A DNA stretch of 64,000 nucleotides, from NCBI RefSeq assembly GCF_004010195.1, contig NC_057718.1, forward strand, positions 68,639,223 to 68,703,222, read 5' to 3'. Below, one piece after another: positions 14,350-26,904 of this stretch; the stretch's first letter is position 1, and each line of letters begins with the position of its first letter. This stretch comes from Chiloscyllium plagiosum (taxonomy: Eukaryota). A program made the translations under genes and the position numbers. The notes under the pieces were generated by a model, which was not told the origin of the DNA, ran no database searches, and was given only the letters and a program-made list of their open reading frames with translations.

Positions 14350-14384
14350 CACTAGCTTTCGGAGCGACGCTCCTTCATCAGGTG
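14350..14384 (-). ncRNA. Minimal type I hammerhead ribozyme, family B (inverted partner)
   Basis: Minus strand CAC-CTGATGA-A-GGAGC-GTC-GCTCC-GAAA-GC-TA-GTG. Confidence 0.8.
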
Positions 14385-14395
14385 ATCAGAACAAT

Positions 14396-14430
14396 CACCT
14401 GATGAAGGAGCGTTGCTCCGAAAGCTAGTG
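14396..14430 (+). ncRNA. Minimal type I hammerhead ribozyme, family B
   Basis: CAC-CTGATGA-A-GGAGC-GTT-GCTCC-GAAA-GC-TA-GTG; CAC/GTG stem I, AGCT palindrome, predicted CUA cleavage after 14427. Confidence 0.8.
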
Positions 14431-16021
14431 TGCTTATTAAACCTGCTGGACTATAACCTGGTGTTGTGTGATTTTTAACTTTGTACACCCCAGTCCCATA
14501 CCGGCATATCCAAATCATGAGTGGACTTGACAGAGTGGAGAGAAAGAGACTATTCCTGCTTAGCAAAGGATGAAGAACCAGAGATTTAGAGGTTTGCAAA
14601 AGGAACAAATGTGACACAAGAAAAGAACATTTTAATAGTGAGTGTTTAGGTGAGGAATGTACTGTCTCAAGTGTGATGGAGGCAGGTTCAATTGAGGCAT
14701 TCAAAGGGTGTTGGGATGATCATTTAGAGAGAAATAATGTGCAGAGGTATGGGAGAAAATGCTGGAAGTTGGCAGTAGGTAGTGATCATTTGAAGAACGG
14801 GTGCAGACATGGGCCGATTGGTCTCATTGTGCAAATTTAATGGAAATAAAGCTAAACTTATCATATTAATATTTTGGTAAAGCTAAGCTTATTTAGCATT
14901 ACGATTGTGTACTATTTAATGTTATGAGTGCAGTTTAATGTTTTGAAAGGACTGAGTTTGGGCTAATTTCAACTATGTTTGCATATGATCTCCAGAAGAC
15001 TTTAACAGCAAGTTGGTAGAGTGCAAGATTTTGATTTAGTATACCTGGGCTGTTGATTTGGATAAAAAAGGTAAATTTCTGCTCATGCCAAACTCAGCAA
15101 TTTCTCTCTCTCTCTCCTGCCTTCCTTATCTGCACGTGCCCTTCTGCTCCCTTGTTATATTCTGCCATCTTCCACACTCTTGCGCATGACAAGAAAGGCA
15201 CAAGCTAAATTGAATTTGGAGGTGGCAACAATGTAGTTAGGAGTAATGTTGTAAGTGTAAGTATTATTGGTATTTGATCTCTTCTGAGATTCGGGTCAGA
15301 GAAGCAATTGAATTCTTAAGTTAATGAAAGGCTAAGCTATTTAGCAGAAGAGGAACAAAACTGTTTTAAGGATTTTCTTTTTATATGACTGACTCTCTAG
15401 CTTCTACTTGCTGCTACTCCAAATTAGGCTTGTGCAAACTGGGAACTCAGCAATATGGACAGAATCTGTATCATCACGGAGTCATGTACTGTAGCTTAGA
15501 TTTGTGAAACATCATTTTTCAGCAGTGGAGGCAGTTGTCTTATCGGGAACTGAACTGATGATATGTCAAAGTTTTATGTAAGTATGTTCTGTAAAACACT
15601 GCTGGATCAAGATGCTGAGATCTAATAGTCATTTAGTTTGTGAAGGGAAATTTGCAGATCGATATAGAAATGCTGAGGCAAATTGTTCCTGTTTTCCATA
15701 AGCACAGACAAAAGATCACTTTTGGGATTTTACTCCTCTACCTATTTTTCTAAGCAATCTGTTCAGAAATATTATTACATACCTCTGAAGCAGGTGAGAC
15801 TTGAACCCGGACCTCTTGACCTGTGAGTAGGGACATTACCTCTGTGCCGCAAGAGTCTCTAAATAAGCAGCACGTATCTTTGAATTTAAATTAATGTATT
15901 TTTCCCAATTGACCTGTTCAAAATGTAACTACACACCGCTGGAGCAAGTGGGACTTGAACCTGGGCTCTCAGTAAGGGTTAGGGACACTGCCACTGCCCC
16001 ACAAGAGCCCTAAATGAGAAT

Positions 16022-17525
16022 TAGAACATAGAACATAGAAGAATACAGCGCAGTACAGGCCCTTCGGCCCTCGATGTTGCGCCGATCCAAGCCCACCTAA
16101 CTTACACTAGCCCACTTCCTGATGAAGGGCTTTTGCCCGAAACGTCGATTTTGCCTGTCCTCGGATGCTGCCTGAACTGCTGTGCTCTTCCAGCACCACT
16201 GATCCACTATCCTCCATATGCCTATCCAATGCCCGCTTAAATGCCCATAATGAGGGAGAGACCACCACTGCTACTGGCAGGGCATTCCATGAACTCACGA
16301 CTCGCTGAGTAAAGAACCTACCCCTAACATCTGTCCTATACCTAACCCCCCTTAATTTAAAGCTTTGCCCCCTTGTAATAGCTGACTCCATACATGGAAA
16401 AAGGTTCTCACGGTCAACCCTATCTAAACCCCTAATCATCTTATACACCTCTATCAAGTCAAATCCCCCTACCAATAAACGCCAACACACCATATGCCTT
16501 CTTAACAGCCCAGCCAACCTGGGTTGCAACTTTCAGGGGTTTATGCACTTGGACATCAAATTTTCTCTGCTCATCTACACTGCCAAGAAGTTTACCATGA
16601 GCCTAGTACTCTGCATTCCTGTTACTTCTTCTGAAGTGGACTACCTCACACTTTTACACATTAAACTCAATTTGCCACTTCTCAGCCCAGCTCTGCCTCT
16701 TATCTATTATCTGTGACCCACAACAGCGGTCGGCACTATCCACAACTCTGCCTACCTTAGTGTCATCTGCAAATTTACTAACCCATCCTTCTATACCCAC
16801 ATCCAGATCATCTATAAAAATGAAAAACACCAGTGGCCCCAAAACAGATCCTTGTGGCACACCACTGGTAACTGAGCTCCAGGATGAATATTTCCCATCA
16901 ACTACCACACTCTGTCTTCTTTCAGTTAGCCAATTTGTGATCCAAATGGCTAAATCATCTTCAATCCCGAAACTCCATATTTTGTGCAATAGCCTACATT
17001 GTGGTACCTTACCAAACGCCTTACTGAAGTCCAAACATACCACATCAACCAATTTACCTTCAACCACCTGTTTTGTCACTTTGTCAAAGAACTCAATAGT
17101 GTCAGTGAGGCACGACCCACCCTTCACAAAACTGTGTTGACTATTCCTAATAAAATTATTCCTTTCCAGATTATTATAAATACTATCTCTTTTCCAACAT
17201 TTTCCAATACTTTACCCTGAAGTAAGGCTCACTGGCCTATAATTTCTAGGGTTGACCCGACTCCCCTTCTAAAACGAGAGAACAACATTTGTGACAACGA
17301 GGACATAAAAATCAAGGTCAATGGCTCTGCAATCTCCTCCCTTGCTTCCCGGAGAATCCTAGGATAAATGCCATCAGGCCCAGGGGACTTATCTATTTTC
17401 ACCCTTTCCAGAATTTCCAACACCTCTTCTCTACATACCTCAAAGCCATCCATTCTACTTAATTGTGACTCAGTATTCACATCGACAACAATGTCCTGTT
17501 CCTGAGTGAATACTGACGAAAACTG
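16022..17525 (-). mobile_element. HER1/CR1 LINE, 5'-truncated
   Basis: RT motifs [39 protein letters not shown]; (tagaaca)n reversed tail at 16022. Confidence 0.92.
16117..16150 (+). ncRNA. Minimal type I hammerhead ribozyme, family A (intact core)
   Basis: CTGATGA(16119-16125)-A-GGGC-TTTT-GCCC-GAAA-C-GTC; predicted cleavage after 16146. Confidence 0.8.
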
Positions 17526-17572
17526 CATATTATTTGAATCAACGTGTTCAGATATGATACTGTGCACATCGT

Positions 17573-18775
17573 CACAGAGTTATAGAGATGTAAGACATGG
17601 AAACAGATCCTTTGGTCCAACTTGTCCATGCTGACCAGATATCCTAAATTAATCTAGTCTCATTTGCAAGCACCTGGCCCATATCCCTCTAAACCCTTCC
17701 TATTCATTAACCCATCCAGGTGCCTTTTTAAGTATTGTAGTTTTATCAGCCTCCTCCACCACCTCTGGCAGCTCATTCCATTCATGCACCACACTCTGCA
17801 TCAACTAGTTGCCTCTTGAGTCCCTTTCAAAACTTTCCCCTCTCAACTTAAACCTATGCCCTCTAGTTCTGGACACCCTCATCCCATGCAAAAGATCCTT
17901 ATAAGCCTCTATAAGGTTACCCCTCAGCCTACGACGCTCCAAGGAAAGCAGCTCAAACCTGTTCAGCCTCCCTATAGCTCAAACCCTCTAACCCTGGCAA
18001 CATCCTTGTAAATCTTTGTGAAACCTGAAAGGGTTCAGAAATTTCTTTCCAATAGGAAGAAAACCAGAATTACATGCAATAAGTAGCCAAACCAATGTCC
18101 TGTATAACTGCAACACGACCTCCCAACTCCTACACTCAGTGCTCTGTCCAATAAAGGAAAGCATACTAAATGCTGCCTTCACTATCCTCTATGTCTGCGA
18201 CTCCACTTTCAAGGGACTATGAACCTGCACTCCAACGTCCTTTTGTTCAGTAACACTCCCAAGGACTGTTAGAATTAAGTGGATAAGTCCTGCTCTGATT
18301 TGATTTTCTAAAATGCAGCACGTGGGATTTATCTAGATTAAAATCCATCTGCCACTCCTCAGTCCATTGTCCCATCTAATCATGAACTAATCTTCGCTGT
18401 TCACTACACCTCCAATTTTGATGTTGTCTGCAAGCTTACTATACTTCCTATGTTCCCATCCAAATCATTTATATAAATGATGAATAGCAGTGGACCCAGC
18501 ACTGATCCTTGTGGCACACTATTGGTCACAGGCCTCCTGTCTGAAATGCAGCCCTGCACCACCACCCTCTGTCTTCTACCTTTTGAGTCAGTTCTGTATC
18601 CAAATGGTTAGTTCTCTCTGTATTGCATGTGATCTAACTTTGCTAACCAGTTTACCATGAGGAACCTTGTTGAACGTCTTACTGAAATCCATACAGATCA
18701 CGTCTACCACTCTGTCCTCGTTACTACTTGAAAAAAGGCAATCAAATTAGCGAGACATGATTTCCCATGTACAAA
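17573..18775 (-). mobile_element. HER1/CR1 LINE fragment
   Basis: AFSMLSFIGQSTECRSWEVVLQLYRTLV; reversed ctctatgactc-type tail. Confidence 0.88.
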
Positions 18776-20570
18776 GTCATAGAGTCATAGAAACAGACCC
18801 TTCGGTCCAACCTATCCATGCCAACCAGATATCCCATCCCAATCTAGTCCCATCTGCCAGCACCCGGCCCATATTCCTTCAAACGCTTCCTCTTCATATA
18901 CCCATCCAAATGCCTCTTAAATGTTGCAATTGTACCAGCCTCCACCACATCCGCTGGCAGCTCGTGCCATCGACGTACCACCCTCTGCGTGAAAATGTTG
19001 CCCCTTAGGTCTCTTTTTATATCTTTGTCCTCTCACCCTAAACCTATACCCTCTAGTTCTGGACTCCCTGACCCCAGGGAAAAGACTTTGGCTATTTATC
19101 CTATCTATGCCCTCATAATTTTGTAAACCTCTATAAGGTCACCCCTCAGCCTCTGACGCTCCAGGGAAAACAGCCCCAGCCTGTTCATCCTCTCCCTGTA
19201 GCTCAAATCCTCCAACCCTGGCAACATCCTTGTAAATCTTTTCTGAACCCTTTCAAGATTCACAACATCTTTCCGATAGGAAGGAGACCAGAATTGCACA
19301 TAATATTCCAACAGTGGCCTAACCAATGTCCTCCCAACTCCTGTGCTCAATACTCTAACCGATAAAGGAAAGCATACCAAACTCCGCCTTCACTAACCTA
19401 TCTACCTGTGACTCTTTTCAATGAGCTATGAACTTGCACTCCAAGGTCTCTTTGTTCAGCAACACTGCCTAGGACCTTACCATTAAGTGTATACGTCCTG
19501 CTAAGATTTGCTTTCCCAAAATGCAGCACCTTGCATTTATCTGAATTAAACTCCATCTGCCACGTCTCAGCCCATTGGCACATCTGGTCCTGATCCTGTT
19601 GTAATCGGAGGTAACCCTCTTTGCTGTCCACTACACCTCCCAATTTTGGTGTAATCTGCAAACTTACTAACTGTACCTCTTATGCTCGCATCCAAATCAT
19701 TCATATAAATGACAAAAGGTAGAGGGCCTAGCACCGATCCTTGTGGCACTCCACTGGTCACAGGCCTCCAGTCTGAAAAACAACCATCCACCACCACCCT
19801 CTGTCTTCTACCTTTGAGCCAGTTCTGTATCTAAATGGCTAGTTCTCCTTGTATTCCAAGAGATCTAACCTTGCTAATCAGTCTCCCATGGGGAACATTG
19901 TCAAACGCTTTACTGAAGTCCATATAGATCACATCTACTGCTCTGCCCTCATCAATCATCTTTGTTACTTCTTCAAAGTCATGTTAATTATCCCTAATCA
20001 GTCCTTGCCTTTCCAAGTACATGGTGGGAATCCTGGGACAGGATTTACAAGAACCTTCCCACCACGGATGTCAGACTCACCGGTCTGTAGTTCCCTGGCT
20101 TTTCCTTATTACCTTTCTTAAATAGTGGCACCATATTAGCCAACCTCCAGTCTTCAGGCATCTGAGCTATGATCATTAATCGAAATATCTCTGCAAGGGC
20201 CCCAGCAATCACTTCCCTAGCTTCCCACAGAGTTTTAGGGTATACCTAAATAGGTCTAGGGAATTTGTCGACCTTTGTATTTTAAAACAACCAGCACCAC
20301 TATTGCTATAGTGTGGCAAAAGTGAGGACTGCAGATGCTAGAAACCAAAGTTTAGATTAGAGTGGTGCTGGTAAAGCACAGCAGGTCAGGCAGCATCCGA
20401 GGAGCAGGAAAATCGTTGTTTTGGGCAAAATCCCTTCATCAGGAATAGTCTATTTTCCCCACATTCTATATCTTCTACGTCCTCCTTCACAGTAAACAAT
20501 TGATGCGAAATACTTGTTTAGTACCTCCCCCTTGCAAATCTTTGAGGGGTCCTATTCTTTCCTTAGTTAC
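18775..20570 (-). mobile_element. HER1/CR1 LINE fragment (relatively young)
   Basis: [35 protein letters not shown] motifs with frameshifts. Confidence 0.92.
20315..20447 (-). mobile_element. Solo family A repeat inserted in CR1
   Basis: Reverse complement of cctgatgaagggattttgcccaaaacaacg...tccagcatctgcagtcctcacttttgcc; core mutated. Confidence 0.8.
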
Positions 20571-20576
20571 CCTTAG

Positions 20577-21583
20577 TTGAAAAGTGTGTTGCTGCAGGTC
20601 AGGCAGTATCCAAGGAGCAGGATAATCGACATTTCGGGCATAAGCCCTTCTTCAGGAATGAGGAAGGTGTGCCAAGCAGGCTAAGATAAAAGGTAGGGAG
20701 GAGAGAATTGGAGGGGTGTTGGGAATTTGATAGGTGGAAGGAGGTTAAGGTGAGGGTGATAGGCCAGAGAGGGGGTGGGAGCGGAGAGGTCGGGAAGAAG
20801 ATTGCAGGTCAACAAGATTAGATTAGATTACTTACAGTGTGGAAACAGGCCCTTCGGCCCAACAAGTCCACACCACCCGCCGAAGCGCAACCCACCCTTA
20901 CCCCTACAGAAGGCGGTGCTGAGTCTGTGGGTTGGGGCTGAGATAAGGTGGGGGGAGGGGAAATGAGGAAGCTGGAGAAATCTGCATCCCTCCCTTGTGA
21001 TTGGAGGGTTCCTAGGCGGAAGATGAGGTGCTCTTCCTCCAGGTGTCGTGTTGCCATGGTCTGGCGATGGAGGAGGCCAAGGACCTGCATGTCCTTGGCG
21101 GAATGGGAGGGGGAGTTAGTGTTCAGCCATAGGGCAGTTGGGTTCGTTGGTGCGGGTGTCCCAGAGGTGTTCTCTGAAACATTCCGCAAGTAGGCGGTCT
21201 GCCTCCCTAATGTAGAGGAGGCCACAGCGGATGCAGTAAATGATTTGTGTGGAGGTGCAGGTGAATTAGTGAGGGATATGGAAGGATCCCTTGGGGCCTT
21301 GGAGGGGAGTGAGGGGGTAGGGTGGGCGCAAGTTTTGCATTTCTTGCGATTGCAGGGGAAGGTGCCGGGAGTGGAGGTTGGGTTGGTGGGGGGTGTGGAC
21401 CTGAAGAGGGAGTTGCGGAGGGAGTGGTCTTTCCGGAATGCTGATAGGGGAGGGAAATATTTCCCTGGTGGTGGGGTCTGTTTGGAGGTGACGGACATGA
21501 CGAAGGATGATACGATGTATCTGGAGGTTGGTGGGGTTCTGTCCTGGTGGCGATTGGAGGGCGGGGTTCAAGGGCGGAGGTGT
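20577..21583 (-). mobile_element. Penelope-like element (Neptune-type) 3' portion
   Basis: PLSAFRKDHSLRNSL, Cys-rich linker GTFPCNRKKCKTCAH, HLEEEHLIFRLGTLQ; hammerhead repeat at 3' end; HE1 3' fragment inserted at about 20816-20907. Confidence 0.88.
20624..20659 (-). ncRNA. Hammerhead ribozyme motif, family A, in the terminal repeat of a Penelope-like element
   Basis: Minus strand CTGAAGA-A-GGGC-TTAT-GCCC-GAAA-T-GTC (CpG-type change in stem III), directly 3' of the GIY-YIG region. Confidence 0.7.
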
Positions 21584-21692
21584 CTGTAGTACAATTCCAA
21601 TTTCTTATTCTCAGTTCCACCCAGTAAGTGAGACATATTCCCAGGAATATTGTTCCTAAGTACAGTTGTCATGTTATCTCTTATCAAAAATA

Positions 21693-22026
21693 TTAGATTA
21701 GGTTAGGTTAGATTCCCTACAGTATGGAAACAGGCTCTTTGGCCCAACATGTCCACACTGACCCTCCGAAGATTAGCCCACCCAGAACCATTCCCCTACC
21801 CTATACTTACTCCTGACTAATGCACTGAACGCTGGGCAATTTAGCATGGCCAATTCACCTGCTCTGCACATCTTTGGTTTGTAGGAGGAGACCAGAGCAC
21901 CCAAAGGAAACCCATGCAGACGCTGTGCGAATGTGCAAACTCCACAGAGACAGACAGTCACCCAAGGCGTGAATCAAACCCGGGTTCTTGGTGCTGTGAG
22001 GCAGCAGTGCTAACCACTGTACCGCC
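21693..22026 (-). mobile_element. HE1-type V-SINE, near full length
   Basis: tRNA head (cagtggttagcactgctgcctcac), V core, CR1-derived 3' end with (taatc)-like tail. Confidence 0.9.
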
Positions 22027-22029
22027 CCT

Positions 22030-23830
22030 CTTACTTCCCCACCGCCTTTCTATCCTTCCCATAGCATTTCTATCCTAGAACATGAAGCTACCAGTCCTGT
22101 CCATCTCTGAACCACATCTGATATCCCACTCCCAAGTTCTTAACCATGCCCTGATTTCATCTGTCTTCCCTGTTAGGCCTCTTGCATTAAAGTTAAACTG
22201 CATTTATCAGTACGACCTCATTCTCTGCTTTGTTCCTGCCTGTTTGTTTGACTTGCTGCTTTTCCCCAACTGTACCCCCCTCAGATCCATCTCTTTCCTC
22301 ACTATCTCCTTGGGTCCCACTCCCTACACCTTACTGGTTTAAATCCTCCAAGCAGCTCTAGCAAATCTCTCCACAATTAGTTCCCGTCCCATTCAGGTGT
22401 AATCTATCCTCCTTGTACAGGTCAGTTCTATCTCAGAAGACATTCCAATGATCCAAAAATGTGAACTCTTCTCTCCTGCACCAGCTCCTCAGCCCCCCCA
22501 TTCATCTGTACTACCCTCCTATTCCTACCCTCACTATCTTGTAACACCGGGAGTAATCCAGATATTACTACCTTGAGGACCTCCTTTTTAAATTCCTGCT
22601 GTTGTGGCCTAGGCCAGACCACTCAAAACATTAAGCAGGCAGCCGAGACCATAACTCTGCAGTTTGTTTCGGTAAACGTACAGTGGAAATTACCCACAGT
22701 GAGTTAGTTAGATTGACTACCAGGTTTTAAAACAGACAAAAATTTATTCACAAAATTACAATGAAATACAAAGAACAGAATATAAAATACCCACAGAACT
22801 CAGACTATCCCCAACTCTACCTAATTATGCTGTTCTGAATATACACAGTCCCAATAAACAAACTCCTTAAGCACAGTAAAAATGAAACCAAGGTTTACAG
22901 GTTGATGTTAGGAGGGAGTTTAGCGGCCTGTTTCTACATAACTCATTGCTGAACTCCCTAACTGGTTCTGGACTGAACTGCTCAGCTAGAGAGCTGGCCA
23001 CGCCCCCTTGGCTTATACAGGATACTTCAAAAAAGTAAAAGCTTTGGCCTAAAGACTCATCTGTTTATGTTTAAACAAAATGGCCTTCCATCTCTGTACC
23101 AAACCCAGACATTTTGGAGCTGTCCTGTTTACAACCCCTCTGAAAAAAATCAAGGACACAGTATTCTTGAAAAAAGGAACAACTATTAGGAAAAAAAGGA
23201 CTAGCTTTGTGATACTGCCTAACTTCCTATATTCTCCCTTCAGAATCTAATCTACCCTTTCTCTGTTGTTAGTTCCAATGTGAATAGTAACTTCCTGCTG
23301 GTTCCTCTCCCCTTTGAGAATATTCTGCACTCTGAGATATTCTTGATTCTGTAGCAGGGAGGCAACACAGTTCTGATTTCTTGATGTCGGCTGCAGAACT
23401 ATCTCTGTGCCTCTGACTAGAGAGTCCCGTATCACAATCGATCACTTGGAACCTGATGTACCCCTTGTTATATTATAGCCAGTCTTGGTACCAGAAACTT
23501 TGCTGTTCATGCTACGATCCCCTGACAGTCCATCACTCCCTACATTTTCCAAAACAGCATACTTGCTTGAGGTGAGAATAGCTATTGGAGACAGCTGCAC
23601 TACTTGCCTCCTTCTCCTACCTTTTCTGGTGGTGACCCATCTACCTGACTGTATCTGCAGTTTTCTCCTTTTGTATAACTGCCATCTGTCACACTCCCTA
23701 GCTCTTGTAAATTCCTCATTGCCTCTACTGCCACTCCAATCTATTCATGCAATCTGATAGAATTTGCAACCAAAGACACTTACTGCAGACATAATCATCC
23801 GCAACATGGAAACTCTTCCCTAATCCCCCA
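22030..23830 (-). mobile_element. CR1 LINE 5' region (ORF1 esterase-like and start of ORF2), interrupted by a solo LTR
   Basis: IRDSLVRGTE (GDS motif), VTIHIGTNN, KVVISGLLPV typical of CR1 ORF1 SGNH domain. Confidence 0.75.
22600..23214. mobile_element. Probable solo LTR
   Basis: TGTTGTG...GTGATA ends, 4-bp TSD ctgc (22596-22599, 23215-23218); cleanly splits CR1 ORF1. Confidence 0.7.
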
Positions 23831-24384
23831 CATCCAACAGGAAGAGGACATCACTCTACTAAAGGCCATCTTTGCACCTTATCAGTTTACAGACTCAGAA
23901 AATAGCACAGTTTTACTGCACTAAAAAACACTGCTCCAGGCTAACTTTGTACCTATGTTTTATATTTTTAAAACTTAATTGAGACAGATTTCAAAAAAGA
24001 ACCCACTCTACTCACTATTGTACATTTACAAAAATAAAGAACAGCAAGGTCACACCTAAACTATGTACTGAGCTATTCCTGTGCTGTAAGCTGTCCCACA
24101 CAAGTTCCTCCAAGGTCAGCTGTGAATTTTGCAGTTTGTTTAACTTTTCTTGAATGCACTCCGCTGTCCAGAGATACTTGAACATAAATAGCAAAGGCAG
24201 TAGCTGTGCAGATTCATTGCTGTGTGATAGCAGTGCAGGTTTCTTTCTCATTTGATTCACTGACCATGTAGTCCCTGCCTTTGTGTCTCTTCCTCATTTT
24301 AAAATTGCTGTTGTTTTGATTTTATTTCCCCAAAGTTACAAAACAATGCAACAACTTAAAACAGTAATTACGGTTCTGGGAATA

Positions 24385-25225
24385 TTCTTGAATTTATTGT
24401 CACATGTACGGAGGCACAGTGAAAAGCTTTGTTTTGCGAGCAATACAGGCAGATCACATAGTTAAGTAGAATAGATAAGTAAATAATAGATAAACAGCAA
24501 AAGCAAAAACACAGGTAAAGGCAAATGCTAAGAGTTTGAGTCTATTCAGTATTCTAACAACAGTAGGGTAGAAACTGTTTCGAAACCGGCTGGTGCATGT
24601 GTTCAGGCTTCTGTACTTTCTCCCCGATGGTAGAGATTGTAGAAAAACATTGCCAGGTTGGGATGGCGGCCTTGACAGCGGGCCTGGTAGATTGATTCTA
24701 TAGATGGGAGGTTGGCCTTTGTGATTATCCGGGCCGAGTTCACCACTCTCTGTAACAGTCTCCGATCTTGAATGGTATAGTTGCCATACCAGGTAGTGAT
24801 ATATCCAGGCAGAATGCTCTCTATAAAAGTTGGCAAGGGTATTTGTTGTCATGCCATATTTCCTCAGCTGCCTGAGGAAGAAGAGACTTTGTTGGACGCA
24901 CTGGTTACAAAGGCCCAACAAAGTTTATTGTGGATGACCACTCCCAGGAGCTTGACACTCTACACTCATTCCACCTCTGTACTGTTAATATATAGAGGGG
25001 GCAAGAATAACATCCTTCCGAAATTAAAAAATGAGTTCCTTGGTTTTGCCGGCATTGAGAGCTAGATTGTTCTCGGTGCATCATTTTTCCAGGTCTTCCA
25101 CTCCCATCTGTAGTCTGTTTCGTCGCCATCTGAGATTCGATCAACTATGGTGGTGTTATCAGTGAACGTGTAAATGGCATTAGTCTTGTATTTAGCAACA
25201 CAGTCATGGGTATACAGTGAGTACA
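24385..25225 (-). mobile_element. Rex1/Babar-like LINE 3' fragment
   Basis: QQSLFFLRQLRKYGM..LANFY, IESIL.GYITTWYG...LQRVVNSARII motifs typical of the Rex1/Babar RT C-terminus. Confidence 0.75.
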
Positions 25226-25549
25226 TTAATTTAAGTTTCAATGGAGATGTGTTGTAAAGTAATGGTTAACGGCTGTTTGGAGACCAATTAGGAAATGCAC
25301 ATGCTGTGGAATGTACTCTCCCAACAATTTAACTTTTAACAGGTCCACACGCTCCAAGAAATAGAAAAAAAAAAGTAAAAATTAAAATGTAAGCTGCATC
25401 TTCTCTTCCACGCATAGGCTACTTTTAGGAACATTTTAAAACTGAGGAAAAGATTAGAAACTTTGTAAAAGCTTAAATTTCTATTGCATCAAGTCTCACT
25501 TTCTAGTCTTACATTTAGCCAGTTGAGGCATGAGTAAACAAGACTTGTG

Positions 25550-25639
25550 TTGAAACTTTATTGCTGGAACAGCACAGCAGGTCAGGCAGCATCCAGGGAA
25601 CAGGAGATTCGACGTTTCGGGCACAGGCCCTTCTTCAGG
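25550..25639 (-). mobile_element. Solo family A hammerhead repeat
   Basis: Exact 13-bp TSD aacaagacttgtg at 25537-25549 and 25640-25652. Confidence 0.9.
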
Positions 25640-25641
25640 AA
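25608..25641 (-). ncRNA. Minimal type I hammerhead ribozyme, family A (intact core)
   Basis: Minus strand reads TTC-CTGAAGA-A-GGGC-CTGT-GCCC-GAAA-C-GTC-GAA; TTC/GAA can form stem I. Confidence 0.8.
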
Positions 25642-25691
25642 CAAGACTTGTGCACTTCTTAAAAACTATGAAATGTTTGCTTCGATTTCAG

Positions 25692-25766
25692 GATGTCGGT
25701 GGAGGATGGTGTGAAGCATCAAATGCTTTAGGAATGACTGGACTTGTTCCAACTGACTACGTGGAG
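25692..25766 (+). CDS. SNX9: Sorting nexin 9, probable exon 3 (SH3 C-half: [25 protein letters not shown])
   Basis: 75-nt phase 0/0 exon, tttcag acceptor and gtgagt donor; GGGW..G.VP.DYVE SH3 signature, matches recalled human [25 protein letters not shown]. Confidence 0.95.
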
Positions 25767-25969
25767 GTGAGTAGTTACTTCTTTGTAATAAATATCATAT
25801 TGTTAACTTTCATATTTCATATGTTACCTTTTTTATTTCACCTGAATAGTTGATAGACCCAAAATACTACATATTGGTCATTCATCCTCTGCAAATGTGA
25901 GAGAAATGTTATTTGATAGTACAGAACTTGAATATTACACATTCTGTTCAAAGCTTTACATCCTGTACT

Positions 25970-26595
25970 CGTAGAGTCATAGTTGTACAGCATAGAAACC
26001 GACCCTTTTGGTCCAACCAGTCCATGCCAACCATGATCCCAAACTGAACTCGTCCCACCTGTGGCGCTTATTCCCTTAAAATCATTCTGATTCATGTACT
26101 TATCTGAATGTCTTCTAAATGTTGTAACTAAAACCGCATCCGCCATTTCCTCTGGATGTTGATTCCACACATTATCCACTCTGTGTCAAAATAAATTGCC
26201 CTATATGTATTTTTTTAAATCTCTTCTCTCGCCTTAAAATTGTGCCCTCTAGTCTTGAAATCTCCCACATTAGGGAAAAGACACCTGCCATTCACCTCAT
26301 CTATACTCCTCTATTTTCTAAACCTCTCTAAGGTCATCTCTCAACCTCCTATGCTCCAGTGGAAAACATCCCAGCCTATCCAGCCTCTCTTTATAACTCA
26401 AATCCTCCATTCCCAGCAACATATTGGTAAATCTTTTCTGAACCCTCTGCAGTTTTATAATATCCTTCCAATAACAGGGCGACCAGAACTGGACGCAGTA
26501 CCTCAGAAGAGGCCTCACCAAGGTCCTGTACAATCTCAATGTAACATCCCAACTCCTACATTCAAAGATCCGAACAAAGAAGGCAAGCATGCTTC
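25970..26595 (-). mobile_element. CR1 LINE 3' fragment
   Basis: LYRTLVRPLLRYCVQFWSP...RFTNMLLGM. Confidence 0.88.
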
Positions 26596-26904
26596 ATGAG
26601 AGGAACGTGCCACTTGGCTAGCAAATTGACTCTTTTAAAGGCTTTACCTTAGGGAATACTGATAGTTGATAGTCAAGCTTTGTTCAAATTTTAAATCAGG
26701 CAGGTTGGGTCTTGTCATGGCATTGCCCTAAGAAATGAACTGGCATTTGGTTGTCATTCATTTGGTAGAGTTGAAATAGCACAGTATGTTTAAATGTTCT
26801 GTCTGCAAAGAGCAAGGCCAAGTGTGTTAACAAATGTAGCTTCAAGTGCACCACAGAGTGAGCCTGACTGACAACAATCTTAAATTGAGTAGTGTAATTC
26901 TTCA

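Larger units (their letters stand above)
14297..14511. mobile_element. Family B double-hammerhead fold-back insertion
   Basis: About 88-bp inverted arms plus 3' extension; exact 17-bp TSD aaatcatgagtggactt at 14280-14296 and 14512-14528. Confidence 0.9.
14050..14830 (+). mobile_element. Old CR1 LINE 3' fragment
   Basis: LYKPL..PQLECCVQCW, RRLRRDLREVFKIMSGLDRV motifs. Confidence 0.8.

Noticed and set aside
16654..17127. Functional reverse transcriptase genes (also 33276-33854, 36507-37013, 44297-44923)
   Set aside because: Truncated, frameshifted CR1 fragments; no intact autonomous ORF2 in the window
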